Source: Octopus sinensis | Taxonomy: Eukaryota | DNA length: 64,000 nucleotides | Direction of reading: 5' to 3' | NCBI RefSeq assembly: GCF_006345805.1 | Contig: NC_042998.1 | Coordinates: 203,236,001-203,300,000 of the forward strand | Part shown: one piece after another, positions 11,146 through 25,277 of the stretch | Numbering within the stretch: the stretch's first letter is position 1 | Layout of the letters: the number at the start of each line of letters is the position of its first letter | Position numbers and translations under genes: made by a program | Notes under the pieces: generated by a model | The model's database searches: none | Told to the model about the DNA's origin: nothing | The model's input: only the letters and a program-made list of their open reading frames with translations

Positions 11146-12756
11146 TATAGATAGAGGACGAAAGTTGGTTATATTTAAACAAAAAAGGCGGAAATAGAGA
11201 AAAAGAAGACGTCTTTTGAAAAGACAAGGGAAGACGAATGATTGGTGATGAAAATAGAAACGCTGGAGGTGATGGCGGTGATGATGATGATGATTGATGA
11301 TGAGGCCGATGTGAGGGTGTGGTGGTGGTGGTGTATAAAGTATGTGTTCGTATCTGTGTGCGGAGACACATCACACGTAGATTGAAAAAATGACTGGTGA
11401 CAGCTGTGTTGACATTAACATCACTATGTATGTCGACGGTGTTTGCCGTGTGTGTGTGTGTGTGTGTCTTTGTTTCGTGTCTTGTTTGGCGGTTGTTTGG
11501 TTTTCAAGCATTGTTGCTGTTGTTGTTGTTGTTTGCAATTGTGTTTGTATATCATGCACTCATTATTGTATTGCCATGTTTGGGAGGGTTTTTTTTTTCC
11601 TCCATTCTTCGCTAAAAACTGTTTTTTAAAAGTTGTGAAGTGATTTTAACAATTGTGTGTAAGGCATTAAGTTGTAATCTTTGTTTCTACAATGAACCAA
11701 GGCAGGAACGGTTCCAGGGGCTGGGGTATTAAGGATTGGGGTATTAAAGATTGGTTCTAGGGGTTGGGGTATTAAAGATTGGGAGAGAAAGGGCGAAACT
11801 ATATAAGGCTCACACAGTAACAAAGGCTAGTGTATTAAGGAAATGGGGACATAAAGGGCCAAAATATAGTAACAGGGGCCAGTATATTAATGTCAAGGGA
11901 GAGAGAAAGGGCCAAACTATCTGAAGCTCATACAGTAATAGGGACTAGTGTATTAAAGTGCGGAAACTAAAATGGCTAATGTAGCAGGGGATGGCCATGT
12001 AGAGTTTTTCCTGAATAAAATGACATGAATGGCTATCCTAACAAGGGGCTGGACATAAGCACCTCTTGGGTGTCGCTTGGACTACAAGAAATAGCAGTCA
12101 AAACTCTTTTACGCTCGCCTGGATTAAAAGACCAAAGAGAACATTGCATAATGTTCTGGGTGATAGCATTGCCATGGCAAGGATGGGTGGTCACAAACGG
12201 AATACCTTTTATGAAAAATCTGTTCTACCAGGGTTGCCCTGCTGTTAAACAGCAATTATAACAACCCTACCCTCTGGGAAGTAGTTTTGGGTTCGTATCC
12301 CCTCAACAGCGCTGTTTCGTTGAGCAAGATACTTCACTATCTCTAACTCAAGCTCGAGTTTATGATTGAAAGAGAATTTGTCGACCTGATCACTCGACCT
12401 TCTAGAAATAATAGGCAAATCCTCCTCATTCATCAATCTAATGACTTGAAAAATGAAGGACACACAGGATAATAGAATATCCGTTATACATAACGGCGCA
12501 AGAGAGAAACAACAGATGGAAACGGTAGATCGAACAAAATATAAGTTGTGATTTTTGTTCCGCCCAAGTTGCATAGATAGTCCCTTGGCTAATGAATCAG
12601 TGGCTGTTTCTCTGATTTTCTTTAAGGACTAAGTTAAAGTTACACGTGTTTACGGAATACTCGGCCACCCACTCTAAAATAGAATGAGAAAGTATTTCAT
12701 TTGACTACAACTGTAACACACCCCGATCGTTCAAGCCGACATTCATCCAAGTGCTT

Positions 12757-13558
12757 GCGTGTGTGTGTGTATGTATTTGTATGTATGTGTGTGTGTATAT
12801 ATATATATGTATGTATGTGTATGTATATGTGTATATATATATATATATATGTATGTGTATGTTATGTATATGTGTATATATATATGTGTGTATGTATATG
12901 TGTATATATATATATATGTGTATGTATATGTGTATATATATATATATGTATGTATGTGTATGTATATGTGTATATATATATATGTGTATGTATATGTGTA
13001 TATATATATATATGTGTATGTATATGTGTATATATATATGTGTGTATGTATATGTGTATATATATATGTGTGTGTGTATGTATATGTGTATATATATGTG
13101 TGTGTGTATGTATATGTGTATATATATGTGTGTGTGTATGTATATGTGTATATATATGTGTGTGTGTATGTATATTTGTATATATATATATATATGTATG
13201 TATATGTATGTGTGTATGTGTGTATATATATATATATGTATATGTGTATATATATATGTATGTGTGTATATGTATATGTATATGTATGTATATGTGTATG
13301 TGTGTGTATATATATATGTATGTGTGTATATATGTATGTGTGTATATATGTATATATGTATGTGTGTATGTATGTGTGTATATATGTATGTGTGTATATA
13401 TGTATATATGTATGTGTGTATGTATGTATATATATATGTGTGTGTGTATATGTATGTATATATATGTGTGTGTGTATATGTATGTATATATATGTGTGTG
13501 TGTATATGTATGTATATATATGTGTGTGTGTATATGTATGTGTATATATGTGTGTGTG
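12757..13558. repeat. Compound (TA)/(TG)/(TATG) array with higher-order ~22-26 bp units
   Basis: Direct observation. Confidence 0.97.
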
Positions 13559-13861
13559 ACCATATTTATACTGTTCAGTGAACAAATTAAACACACTAGC
13601 TGGCTGTGGCTAAAACGCAAACCAATCAAGTTTATGTATAAATATTCTTTTTATATGTTTGTTTCCTTTTACACAATAATAAAACAACGGCTAAACATTT
13701 TCTGAAGCGGCACCCGACTAATTTTATCTACGAGACGCCGCTGCTCGGGTGAAACACTTTTTTTCCATAAAAACCATATCCTCTACATGTATTGAGCACT
13801 ACTTTTTCATTCTTCTGGCAACATGCACGCACGCACGTGCGCATATTCTTTAACAAAAACA

Positions 13862-14095
13862 AGCGCAGGGGTAACTGAGTGGTAAGAAGCTTTCTTTGAT
13901 GGTTCCGGGTTCAGTGACACTGCGTGGCACCTTGAGTGTGTTCTATAACCTCGGGCCGACCAAAGCAAAGAGACCGATAGAATAAGTACCGCTAGGCTTT
14001 ACCAAAAATAACAAGTACTGGGGTCGATTCGTTCAACTGCAAATTCTTCAAAAGCGGTGCTCCAGCATGGTCTCAGTCTAATGACAGAAGCAAAG
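13862..14095 (+). mobile_element. SINE family A with internal deletion
   Basis: Head joined to tail at caaagc|aaagagacc. Confidence 0.75.
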
Positions 14096-14340
14096 GGAAA
14101 GTATTAGCAATGACTTCAGTCGTGTTGACTGGAGCCAACGATATTGTTGGTGATGGCCACGGATGTCCTGAAATTCTACGAAAAAAATTCATTATGGGAC
14201 ATCGACTTCGATGTGATTCTTTACCATTTCTTCACGACATTGATGGGGGGGGGCGCATCGCAGACACACCGTTCCATCTGTGGATATATGTGTATAAATG
14301 AGTAAATGTGTGTGTGTATAGAAATGTGTGGACGTATATA

Positions 14341-14500
14341 GGCGCAGGCGTGGCTGTGTGGTAAGAAGCTTGTGTCCTAACCACACGGTTCCGGGTTCAG
14401 TCCCACTGCGTGGCACCTTGGGCAAGTGTCTTCTACAATAGCCTTGGACCTACCAAAGCCTTGTGAGTGGACTTGGTAGATGGAAACTGAAAGAAGTCCG

Positions 14501-14535
<35 letters not shown>

Positions 14536-14770
14536 TATATATATAATGTGTGTGTGTGTGTGTGTGTGTGTGTTTGTTCCCCTCCACCGTGCTTGACAAC
14601 CTATGGTGGTGTGTTTACGTCCTCGTAACTTAGCGGTTCGGCAAAATATACCGTCAGAATAAGTACTAGGGTTACAAAGAATAAGTCCTGGGTTCGATTT
14701 CTTCGACTAAAAGGCGGTGCTCCTGCATGGCCGCAGTCAAATGACTGAAACAAGTAAAAGAATAAAAGAA
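14341..14770 (+). mobile_element. SINE family A
   Basis: Full-length homology. Confidence 0.9.
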
Positions 14771-14861
14771 TCTGTGAGTATGTGTGCATGTGTATAAAAA
14801 TGTGTGCGGATGTATATACATGCATGTATGCATTTGGTGTGTGTGTGACCATATTTATATT

Positions 14862-15124
14862 GTGATCCCTCGACTATCGCGGGTGTTACGTTAAAAAACC
14901 ACCCACAAATAATTAAAATCTAAAAAAAATATAAATACCTATCAGTCGCAGAAACCCGCGATATACTGAGGAGTCCGCCATATAAATATACATATAGTAG
15001 CCAGAAAAATCCGCGATGGACTGAGTACGCGATAGGTGAGCCGCGTTGTACTGAGTGTGTACAATGGGAACCGCGATGTACAGAGTACGCGCTAGGTGAA
15101 CCGCGATATGGCGAAGGATTACTG
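14862..15124. mobile_element. Tigger/pogo-like MITE, second copy
   Basis: Homologous to 2559-2754; right end gcgaaggattactg|TA; three 30-bp internal subrepeats. Confidence 0.75.
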
Positions 15125-15259
15125 TACGTGTATATCTATGCATTTGGTGTGTGTGTATGGCGAGAATTAAATGCTTGTATTGCTTTCATTAATCTTCCAT
15201 CCCTGCATTTATGATTAAGCAATCATTAAGTGCGTGTATATATGTGTATTATATATGCG

Positions 15260-15327
<68 letters not shown>

Positions 15328-16223
15328 CTATATTCCTGACACGTATACCCATAGACGTAAAACCTTTATTTTTATAGGCGTGCATCTGCAGATACATGGA
15401 TTTGTGCGTATAAATATGTGTATATATGAATATACGTCATAGGTGTCTATATATATATATATATATATAGTTCTATTATATATGCGTTTGTTTATATTTG
15501 ATATACACTCACATATATATATTATGTGTATATATAACGTGTTTATGTGTGTGTGTGCATGAATCTATATTTTTATACACATATACATATATGTATATAA
15601 TCTACCCAAGCAGCAAACTAAATATCTATCATATACACACGCAAGTTCATAATGTGTGTGTGTGTGTGTGATAAACACACAACGCTTATGAATGTACTCA
15701 CAAACATCATACATGCACAACAATGTTATATATATATATATATATACACACATACATTTTATGTATATATATATACATGTGCATATATATATATATGATG
15801 ATGATGATGATGTACGTATGTGATGTATGTATGACGAATGTCTATAATCCTCTTCCATGTACATAAAGAAGTTGACCAAATTCTTTCATGAAGTCTCTGC
15901 CAAAGTAGCGAAACGTGCAGCCAGCGTTGATTGCTTCGGTTGTGGTTCCATACCGGGGGGCGCTTCAGGCACTTGCTGCCGGTGCTTAGAGAGGCGTGTT
16001 CGAGTGGGACATCTTTAAAAATCTTAAACGACTACTTCGGAGAATCTTCTTGGCTCATATTGTCATCATTACAGTTCATGTTGTTGATTTTCTACTTCTT
16101 GTTATTCATATTATAAGAACAACAACAACAACAACAACGATGATATGAACAACAAACACAACCTAAGCCAGACTATGATGATTATGACCATTATTATCAT
16201 CAATATTATTATTGTTATTGTTA

Positions 16224-16435
16224 AGGCGGTGAGCTGGCAGAAACGTTAGCGAGCCGGGCACAATGCTTAGCGGTATTTCGCCCCTCGCTACGTTCTGAGT
16301 TCAAATTCCACCGAGGTCGACTTTACCTTTCATCCTTTCGAGGTCGATAAATTAAGTACCAGTTACGCACTGTGGTCGATGTAATCGACTCATCCCTTCC
16401 CCCGAACTTTCTGGCCCAGTGCCAAAGTTTGAAAC
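16224..16435 (+). mobile_element. tRNA-derived SINE family B
   Basis: ggcggtgagctggcagaa...gagttcaaattcc...ggtcgataaattaagtaccag plus (ATT)n tail. Confidence 0.85.
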
Positions 16436-17479
16436 TATTATTATTACCATTATTATTATTATTACCATTATTATTATTATAACCATTATTTATTATTACC
16501 ATTATTATCATTATTCTTGTTACCATTATTATTATAAAGATGTAAGTTATAACATTGATGTTTCGTATTCTTTAAAGAAGTTAATGGAGAGCTATGACTC
16601 TGGTGGTCATAGTAGTAGTAGTCACTTGGTTTATTGTCCTTCTGGACTCAAATACCAGTCATACACTCGTGTTTGTTTGTTTGACGAGACACTTCCCATC
16701 CCCTAACACATTGCCATTATCATTGATTTGAAATCCATAACATAATGATCAATACTGCAGAAATTTTGATTCAAAATTACTAAAGATTTAGTTTCGACAG
16801 ATACACAGACTGATGCTTGTATCGATCGATGGCTTGATTGATCGACAGGTCTATGAATGAATCAATCGAGATATCTATTGGTGAACTGGTATGATGCTGA
16901 ATTGGTAGATAAATTGTTACACCCAGGCTGGTAGATCGATCAGCAGACTCGTCGATTGGTGGATCGCCTCATGGATCAATTCATAGATTAGTGGATGTAT
17001 GGATGGGTGGATGCATCAACAGACCCCTACGTTGATGGCATGATAGACCGACAGGTAGATTGTTGAATGGACAGGTGAGCAAGAGGGGGGCGCTCATTTA
17101 AGTTATTTAATTCCGGAAATATTGAAAAGTTAAGAAATAATCACAAAGCGAGCAAAAGAAAAACAAATTTGCCAAGAAAAACGTTAAAAGTAAAGGAATA
17201 CAAGAATGAAAATGGCGAATTGCAGATAATGGTGATTATAAGAGGTATTAGTAATTACAGAGGCGTGTGTGTGTGTGGGGGTGCAGTGTAATGTAAGTGT
17301 AGTCAGCGTGGTGTGATGTAAGTGTGGCGGGATTACAGCAAGACCAACGCGAAACTTTGGAAAGGATTTCCCCAATTATTTTCCGGACAGAAATTCTTTG
17401 ACGGAATCGGTTGACGGAATCAACTTTTCATCACGACCACTGAATGATTCAGCCTTGCATGTAGTGCATCTCCCTCTCG

Positions 17480-17530
<51 letters not shown>

Positions 17531-18461
17531 ATATACGAGAGAGAGAAAGGGGCAAACAGAGACACTCATTCTAACACGCATAATCACATATTCTGTATAT
17601 ATATATATATTTATTTATACATTTATATTTTTGTATATTCCGCTGTCTAGTTTCCCCATATCTAACAATAATAACTCCCTCATCAACGTCTATCATTACA
17701 CTGAGATTTAAGCCGACATGTTTTTTTCTTCAACTTCTGAAGAAGTATCCCAATAAATATATAATGGTCCTCTTTCCGTCAAATTACATTTTCTCACGAA
17801 TCAAAAACCTCAAAGACGACCTCCCCACTTTTCTTTCCACTTTGATTCGCATTTTATTTCATCTACGAATAATAATAATAATAATAATAAATAATAATAA
17901 TAATAATGATATAATGAGGATGATGATAATACATTAATAAAAATAACGTTGATGGTAATTGTTATTTTCCTCTTTCGGTAGTCTTCTGGTCGAAGACAGA
18001 TCTTGGATGCCCCCCTCCTTTTTTTCTTTGTTGTTGCTTTTTTTTAATCTTTAAGAAAGTTCAAAAGGTTCTTGGAATGTTCAGGAAGAGGAATCTCAAG
18101 TTCTCACATTAAAACCTCAATCAATGCCTGAAACCTCTGCTTTTACCATTTTACCACGATCTGTTGAGGGAAATTCTAGATTAGGAATTGAAGGTGAAGT
18201 ATAATGATAATAATAATAATAATAATAATGATAATAATAGTAATGATAATAATAATTCGGAGCACTAACAACGAGGTTGGAAAAATATGTTAGAAAAATT
18301 GGAATTGACGAGTGCCCCACCATCAAACTGCTCTATTGGGGACAGCTAGGGTTTTGTGATTGGTGGTTGAATGTTGAGTATCTTCCACGGTTAACATCCA
18401 AGTATCAAAGCTTATAATTTGCAAGTAAAATGCAAAGCCCTGAGAAGTAAAAGAATAATAA

Positions 18462-18676
18462 TCCTTTCTATGATAGGCACAAGGCCGAGAATTTATGGGG
18501 GGAAGGGGATAGTCGATCACATCGACCCCAGTGCTCAACTGGTACTTAATGTATCGACCCCGAAAGGATGACAGGCAAAATCGACCTCGGTGGAATTTGA
18601 ACTCAGAATGTGAAGACGGACGAAATATCGATAAGCATTTTGCCCGGCGTGCTAACGTTTCTGCCAGCTCACCACC

Positions 18677-18677
<1 letters not shown>
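18462..18677 (-). mobile_element. SINE family B
   Basis: Reverse complement of the 16224 element. Confidence 0.85.
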
Positions 18678-18709
<32 letters not shown>

Positions 18710-18755
18710 GCTTTCACCGAAAGAGTTCTCCGAATGTGAAAAGGCAAGAGGTGCG

Positions 18756-18842
<87 letters not shown>

Positions 18843-19032
18843 GTATGAGTGCTTGTAATTTCTTATATGCGTGTCTGCCTACGGGGTTTGTGTATACATA
18901 GCAGAATACATATACATGTATTACATGCTTATATGTAAGTATACATGTATATGTATGCATATAAACGTGTGTGTGTGTGTATGTACGTATATGAATACGC
19001 ACATATACGCATGTGTGTGTGTATATTATATA

Positions 19033-19590
19033 CGAGCAAAACGCTCCCCCCCCCCGTCCAATGGACGGTGCTGAGTTGTCAAACATTTAAACCAGATTTT
19101 CTCAAAACAACTTGTCCGACTGTCCCATAGGCCTCCCCTTTCAGAAACACTGATTTAACCTAAATTTGAGACACCAGCAAAAGAAGAAATAAAGATAGAC
19201 TTTCCTTCTATTCCAAAGAAAAAAGATTTTATTCACACAAATATGCAACCGAAGAGTTTAAAGTACCAGTAATGATAAGGCTGTTGACTGGGAGAACACA
19301 AACATGGTTTAAACAGTAAGCTTGGCAAGAAAGAAACGCGCCTTAAAGCAGTACAAAAACAACAAAAAATGGAAGGTACAGTTATGTACAGGTTGGCGGA
19401 AGAAAAGCAGGACAGAAACGGTTTTATCGATCGCATTCTCACCTGGAATCGGTTTTTTGTAACTTTTTCAAAACATATTCACGCCCTGATACCGTCAGTA
19501 TCTACATATCAAATTTGAGCGCAATCGGATGGAGGATGCCCGAGATCCTAGAAAACACACAGACAGACAGAACGGATTTTACATAATAGA
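19033..19590 (-). mobile_element. Helitron/DINE-like non-autonomous element
   Basis: Minus strand starts A|TCtattatgt...tctgtctgt; hairpin ccgtcc-aat-ggacgg near a CTCG|T 3' end (non-canonical). Confidence 0.45.
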
Positions 19591-19720
19591 TGCGCGTAAA
19601 TGTACAGGTGTGCATGTGCAGATGCATAGATGCCTGTTTACTTAAATATTCCTTACCTGTAAATCTACCATACACCTCTCTCTCTTTCTCTCTCTCCACA
19701 CACACACGCGCACGCATATA

Positions 19721-20112
19721 TTACTCTTTTACTCTTTTACTTGTTTCAGTCATTTGACTGCGGCCATGCTGGAGCACCGCCTTTAGTCGAGCAAATCGAC
19801 CCCGGGACTTATTCTTTTGTAAGCCCAGGACTTATTCTATCGGTCTCTTTTGCCGAACCGCTAAGTGACGGGGACGTAAACACACCAGCATCGGTAGTCA
19901 AGCAATGCTAGGGGGACAAACACACACACACACATACACATATATATATATACATATATACGACAGGCTTCTTTCAGTTTCCGTCTACCAAATCCACTCA
20001 CAAGGCATTGGTCGGCCCGGGGCTATAGCAGAAGACACTTGCCCAAGATGCCACGCAGTGGGACTGAACCTGGAACCATGTGGTTGGTTAGCAAGCTACT
20101 TACCACACAGCC
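19721..20112 (-). mobile_element. SINE family A
   Basis: Full-length reverse copy. Confidence 0.9.
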
Positions 20113-21084
20113 ATATGATACGTGAGTGTGTTTCCGCGTTTTTGTAAGAAATAATTGATACATTCACAATACTTGAAAGGTTTTCTAACAAGATATTGAC
20201 TATTGCAAAGAACCTTAGGAGCCTCTTGGAACGAAGTTATTGTACTGAATGTGTAAGTGCAGCTGATATTAATATTTTTCAGACGTACGCGTTATGGAGC
20301 AATCCGTTTAGAGAAAGTTGTTTTTACTAGTAACATTGACCACTTCCGGTTTAGTTTTCGATTTAGAATTGCCTTTGTCTTTTGTGATTGATCATTTTCT
20401 TTCATCTTGAAAAGGGAAATGTCTTGAATGTTCAATTTGCACAAATATCTAGATGCTTGCAAACACAGAACATTTCTGCAGATGAATCCTTAATTTGTTG
20501 TTTATGCACTCTCACACGGTCTATCAATTTTGATCCTGTAAGAGTGCTTAAGTCAGAAGTACTAAACAAGTCTTCATTTACTGTGGGCACCACGTGTTCC
20601 AACCATTTCAAAGTCATGTGTTGAAGGTATTAAAAAAAAATAATAAACCCCCTCGAAGTCCCCTTCAATGTCAGTCCCTTTCATCTCTGAAACTTGTCCT
20701 TAAACACCGAATAGTTTGAGTAGATCAAAGCTGAAGAATTTTCTGGCCAAAATGGAACAAGTTAGACTTTAGGATACCGATTCTCAACCATTTCTTACCT
20801 GTATAGCTCCCTTTGATTACTTTTTGTTTTTACCTGGTGGACACCTGTAACCATTTGGTGATTATTAGCTACTTTCATAGAAACTTCTTTCAAAATTCTG
20901 AAACAGTAGTCGGAAACATGTTAAACTATGTAAAACATTAAAGAAATTTGGCTTTGTTTGTGTTTTTTTTTTTTATTTGCAATAAATACAGGGTGGCCCA
21001 AAAATAGGTTTACAGTTATTCAACAATCTCTTTCGCATTCATATATTAACTGTTTAGATCTTAATTATAAAGATAATATGAAAC

Positions 21085-21380
21085 CAGTGGCGGACTGGCC
21101 AGGTTGGCAGCTTGCCCGATAGCAAGTGGGCCCCTGCGCCATTAGAATCCATATATGGGGGCCCATCTTAGTATCTAAGGGGCCCATCCCCACAAGTTTG
21201 AGATTTTTTTTTATTCATTCATGGAAAATGCATTATTTCAGCTTGGCTGTGTTTGAAGCCAGTTCAAAAGAATACTTTTAACCAAAAAAAAAAAAAAAAA
21301 GAAAAATGATAGCATTGTAGTTGCGGGTGGGTCCCCTTAGTCTCCTGGCAACCAATATTTTTAGACCCTGTCCGCCACTG
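21085..21380. mobile_element. hAT-type MITE
   Basis: 11-bp perfect TIR cagtggcggac/gtccgccactg; perfect 8-bp TSD tatgaaac (21077-84, 21381-88). Confidence 0.9.
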
Positions 21381-21556
21381 TATGAAACCATTATTCTCTG
21401 CTAATTTGGTTAATTTTGTCAAGCTCCCTTTTCAGTTTGTAAGATAGAAATTTAAATGTAATAAAATGTTTTCAAAGAAATTTGAAGTGCCTGCTGCAAA
21501 CCTAGCTTTGGGTCAACCTGCACATTTAAAGCAAAATCTTTTCATAGACATTTTAT

Positions 21557-21736
21557 AGGTGCAGGAGTGGCTGTGTGGTAAGTAGCTTGCTTACCAACCA
21601 CATGGTTCCGGGTTCAGTCCCACTGCGTGGCACCTTGGACAAGTGTCTTCTACTATAACCTCGGGCCGACCAAAACCTTGTGAGTGGATTTGATAGGCGG
21701 AAACTGAAAGAAACTCGTCATATATATGTATGTATG

Positions 21737-21769
<33 letters not shown>

Positions 21770-21965
21770 CTGTTTGTCCCCCAACATCGCTTGACAATCG
21801 ATGGTGGTGTGTTTACGTCCCCGTAACTTAGCGGTTCGGCAAAAGAGACTGATAGAATAAGTACTGGGCTTCCAAAGAATAAGTCCTAGGGTCGATTTTC
21901 TCGACTAACGACGGTGCTCCAGCATGGCCGCAGTCAAATGACTGAAACAAGTGAAAGAATAAAAG
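21557..21965 (+). mobile_element. SINE family A (nested in the 20562-22251 element)
   Basis: Full-length homology. Confidence 0.9.
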
Positions 21966-22413
21966 GACTCTTAAAATACTGCCATGGATGCCCAATTTTC
22001 TGCTTTGCGTGCGTGGACCCCAAAAGATATTATATGGACCACTGGGGATCATATGGATGCCGGGTGGGAAACAACTGCTTTCGGGTGTAGTTTTCGTCAC
22101 GTTTTTGAAGGGGTCACATGGAACTATCATCAGGGATGAAGGGGACTGACATTCATTGGAACTTCGAACGTATGTTTATTAAACACCTTCGGCATGTGAC
22201 CTTGGAATGGTTAGAACACGTGGTGCTCTCTGTAAATGAAGACTTGTTTAGTACGAAGCGAAAAAATATTCTGTCTTGAAGTGTGAAAAACTAAATGGCA
22301 TATTTTTGGCATGTCACGTGCCTTTCGGACTCTGCCCCATACACCTCACTCAACGTCCACTCACACTCCCAACAGACTATCAGTGTCACAAACTTGAAGA
22401 AAGATTGGAATAT

Positions 22414-22462
<49 letters not shown>

Positions 22463-22681
22463 TGTATAGAGCTGTGTTGTCGTGTGGACATGTGAGAAGG
22501 CAGAAGGCTTTCTTTAAAATATCACCGAACTAGAATGTGTGAAGAATATGTATATGCGCGCGCGTATGTATATATATATATATTACATATGGAGTGTTTA
22601 CAATTCTGTATAATACTAACGCATGCACCTTATACACACAAATACGCACACACACAAATAGACGTACATGAAATATGAGAA

Positions 22682-22766
<85 letters not shown>

Positions 22767-23254
22767 CTGACTGACTGTGTCTAAAATTCTTCCACCCCAA
22801 GTGACAGTATCGAAATAATTCGTCATCTCACAACTGGGTGGCGGGGGGGGGGATGACATGGAGAACGGAATGGTTAAGATGGGACGTGTTTGGCGATCTG
22901 AATGCCACCGTAATCCTTTCTTTTCTACTTTCTTCACACACACACACACACCAACGAAATCTGTCTTACTTTTGTCGTAGAATAACCAGGATGGACGGAA
23001 AGAAGGGAGACGGAGCTACAATATGTCTAGTTACACCTCTTACCTTTCAATCCGTCTCTCCGTCCCTTTGTCACGTCCCCCCCTGTCTATCGATCCCCAT
23101 CAATCCGTTTTCCTGTCTTTTAGCTTCTCTATCTCTCCGTCAATTTATCGATCGCCTCTCCTATCCATTCATCCATCGATCCACCTGCCTAACTATTTGG
23201 CCATCTATCCGCCTTTCTCCGCATCTATCTGCCTAACTGTGCTTGCATCTCTCT

Positions 23255-23347
23255 ACCCCTCCCTCCATCTCTCTCTCTTTCTCTCTCTCTCTGTTGCTGT
23301 CTCTCTCTCTCTCTCTGTTCCTGTCTCTCTTTCTCTCTCTGTTCCTG

Positions 23348-23379
<32 letters not shown>

Positions 23380-23780
23380 CTCTCTCAATTATCTTCCTTT
23401 CCTGTCTCTCTTTCTCTCTCTCTCTATCTCTCTGTTCCTGTCTCTCTTTCTCTCTTTCTCTTTCTGTTCCTGTCTCTCTTTCTCTCTCTCTCTCTCTATT
23501 CCTGTCTCTCTTTCTCTCTCTATCTCTCTCTGTTCCTGTCTCTCTTTCTCTCTCTCTCTGTTCCTGTCTCTCTTTCTCTCTCTCTCTGTTCCTGTCTCTC
23601 TTTCTCTCTCTCTCTCTCTGTTCCTGTCTCTCTTTCTCTCTCTCTCTCTCTGTCCTCTCTCTTTCTCTCTCTCTCTCACTCACTCTGTCTCTCTCTTTCT
23701 CTCTCTCTCTCTCTGTTCCTGTCTCACTTTCTCTCTCTCTCTCTGTTCCTGTCTCTCTTTCTCTTCACTCCTCTCTCTGC
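23255..23780. repeat. (CT)n-based minisatellite, unit ~ctgttcctgtctctctttctctctct
   Basis: Recurrent ctgttcctgt spacer within (CT)n. Confidence 0.95.
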
Positions 23781-24112
23781 TTGTTTTTTCTTTCTCCAAT
23801 GAAGAAAACGAAAAGAAACTCACGGTTCTGGCGAAATGGTTTACTATCAAAGAAGACATTATGTTGGTAAAGAGAGATTGTGATGACGGGGGAGGGGGAG
23901 GAGGAGGAGGAGAGAAAGTGTGAAGGTGTCACTTGAGAAGGGGAAGGTGGGGAGAGAGAGAGAGAGAGAGAGTAGGAGATGGAGTGAAAGAGTGGAAGGG
24001 GAGGAGGCAGTGGTGCTGTGGATAAATCTTTCAAGACTGGATCTCTTTAAAGTAAAACTAATACAACAATATTAACGAAATCTGAGAGAGAGAGAGAGGA
24101 AAGAATAGAGAA

Positions 24113-24143
<31 letters not shown>

Positions 24144-24235
24144 AGCGATAGATAGATAGATAGATAGATGATAGAGAGAATCAGCTCAGCAACACAAAAA
24201 AAACAACACAACATCATAATAATAATAAAATAATT

Positions 24236-24840
24236 AGCACAGGAGTGGATGTGTGGTAAGTAGCTTGCTTACCAGCCACATGGTTCCGGGTCAGTCCCAC
24301 TGCGCCGCACCTTGGGCAAGTGTCTTCCTGCTATAAGCCTCGGGCCGACCAAAGCCTTGTGAGTGGATTTGGTAACGGAAACTGAAAGAAGCCCGTCGTA
24401 TATATGTATATATAATATGTGTATGTGTATGTTTGTGTGTATGTGTTTTGTCTCCCTAGCATTGCTTGACAACCGAGCTGGTGTTTTATGTCCCCGTTAC
24501 TTAGCGGTTCGGCAAAAGAGACCGATAGAATAAGTACTGGGCTTACAAAGAATAAGTCCCGGGTCGAGTTGCTCTCGATTAAAGGCGGTGCTCTAGCATG
24601 GCCACAGTCAATGACTGAAACAACAAGTAAAGAGTAAAAAAGAAAAGAGTAATCTAGCAGGTGTTGGCTGAGTGGTAAAAGTTTGCTTCTTAACCATATG
24701 GTTTCCGCGTTCAATCCCACAGCATGACACTTCGGGCAAGTGTCTTCTATAGCCTTGGCCCGACCAAAGCCTTGATTGGATTTGGTATACGGAAAGGGTG
24801 TGTGTGGGTGTCTGTTTTGTTCCCCTGCTTGAGAACCAGT
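24236..24840 (+). mobile_element. SINE family A plus adjacent partial copy (duplicate of 25278-25881)
   Basis: Near-identical to the copies after the gap, but with extra indels. Confidence 0.8.
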
Positions 24841-24940
24841 NNNNNNNNNNNNNNNNNNNNNNNNNNNNNNNNNNNNNNNNNNNNNNNNNNNNNNNNNNNN
24901 NNNNNNNNNNNNNNNNNNNNNNNNNNNNNNNNNNNNNNNN
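24841..24940. other. Assembly gap (100 N)
   Basis: Run of N. Confidence 1.
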
Positions 24941-25277
24941 GGAGGAGGAGAGAAAGTGTGAAGGTGTCACTTGAGAAGGGGAAGGTGGGGAGAGAGAGAG
25001 AGAGAGAGAGAGTAGGAGATGGAGTGAAAGAGTGGAAGGGGAGGAGGCAGTGGTGCTGTGGATAAATCTTTCAAGACTGGAATCTCTTTAAAGTAAAAAC
25101 TAATACAAATATTAACGAAATCTGAGAGAGAGAGAGAGAGAGAGAAAAGGAAAGAGAGAAAAAGAAAGAGAGAAAGAGAGAGAGAGAGAGCGATAGATAG
25201 ATAGATAGATAGAGAGAGAGAATCAGCTCAGCAACACAAGAAAAAACAACAACAATAATAATAATAATAATAATAAT

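Larger units (their letters stand above)
20562..22251. mobile_element. Old TA-flanked element with ~120-bp inverted arms and nested insertions
   Basis: 20562-20690 is the diverged reverse complement of 22131-22251, with TA on both sides. Confidence 0.6.

Noticed and set aside
12701-13705. Long ORFs (up to 334 aa) rich in Y/I/C/V/M or H/T/Y, also at 37-39 kb and 46-47 kb
   Set aside because: They are translations of (TA)/(TG)/(CA) microsatellites, which lack stop codons in several frames.
20432-20617. ORF MTLKWLEHVVPTVNEDLFST with an apparent paralogue at ~22196
   Set aside because: Both lie in the inverted arms of the 20562-22251 element, and the substitutions are not predominantly synonymous.
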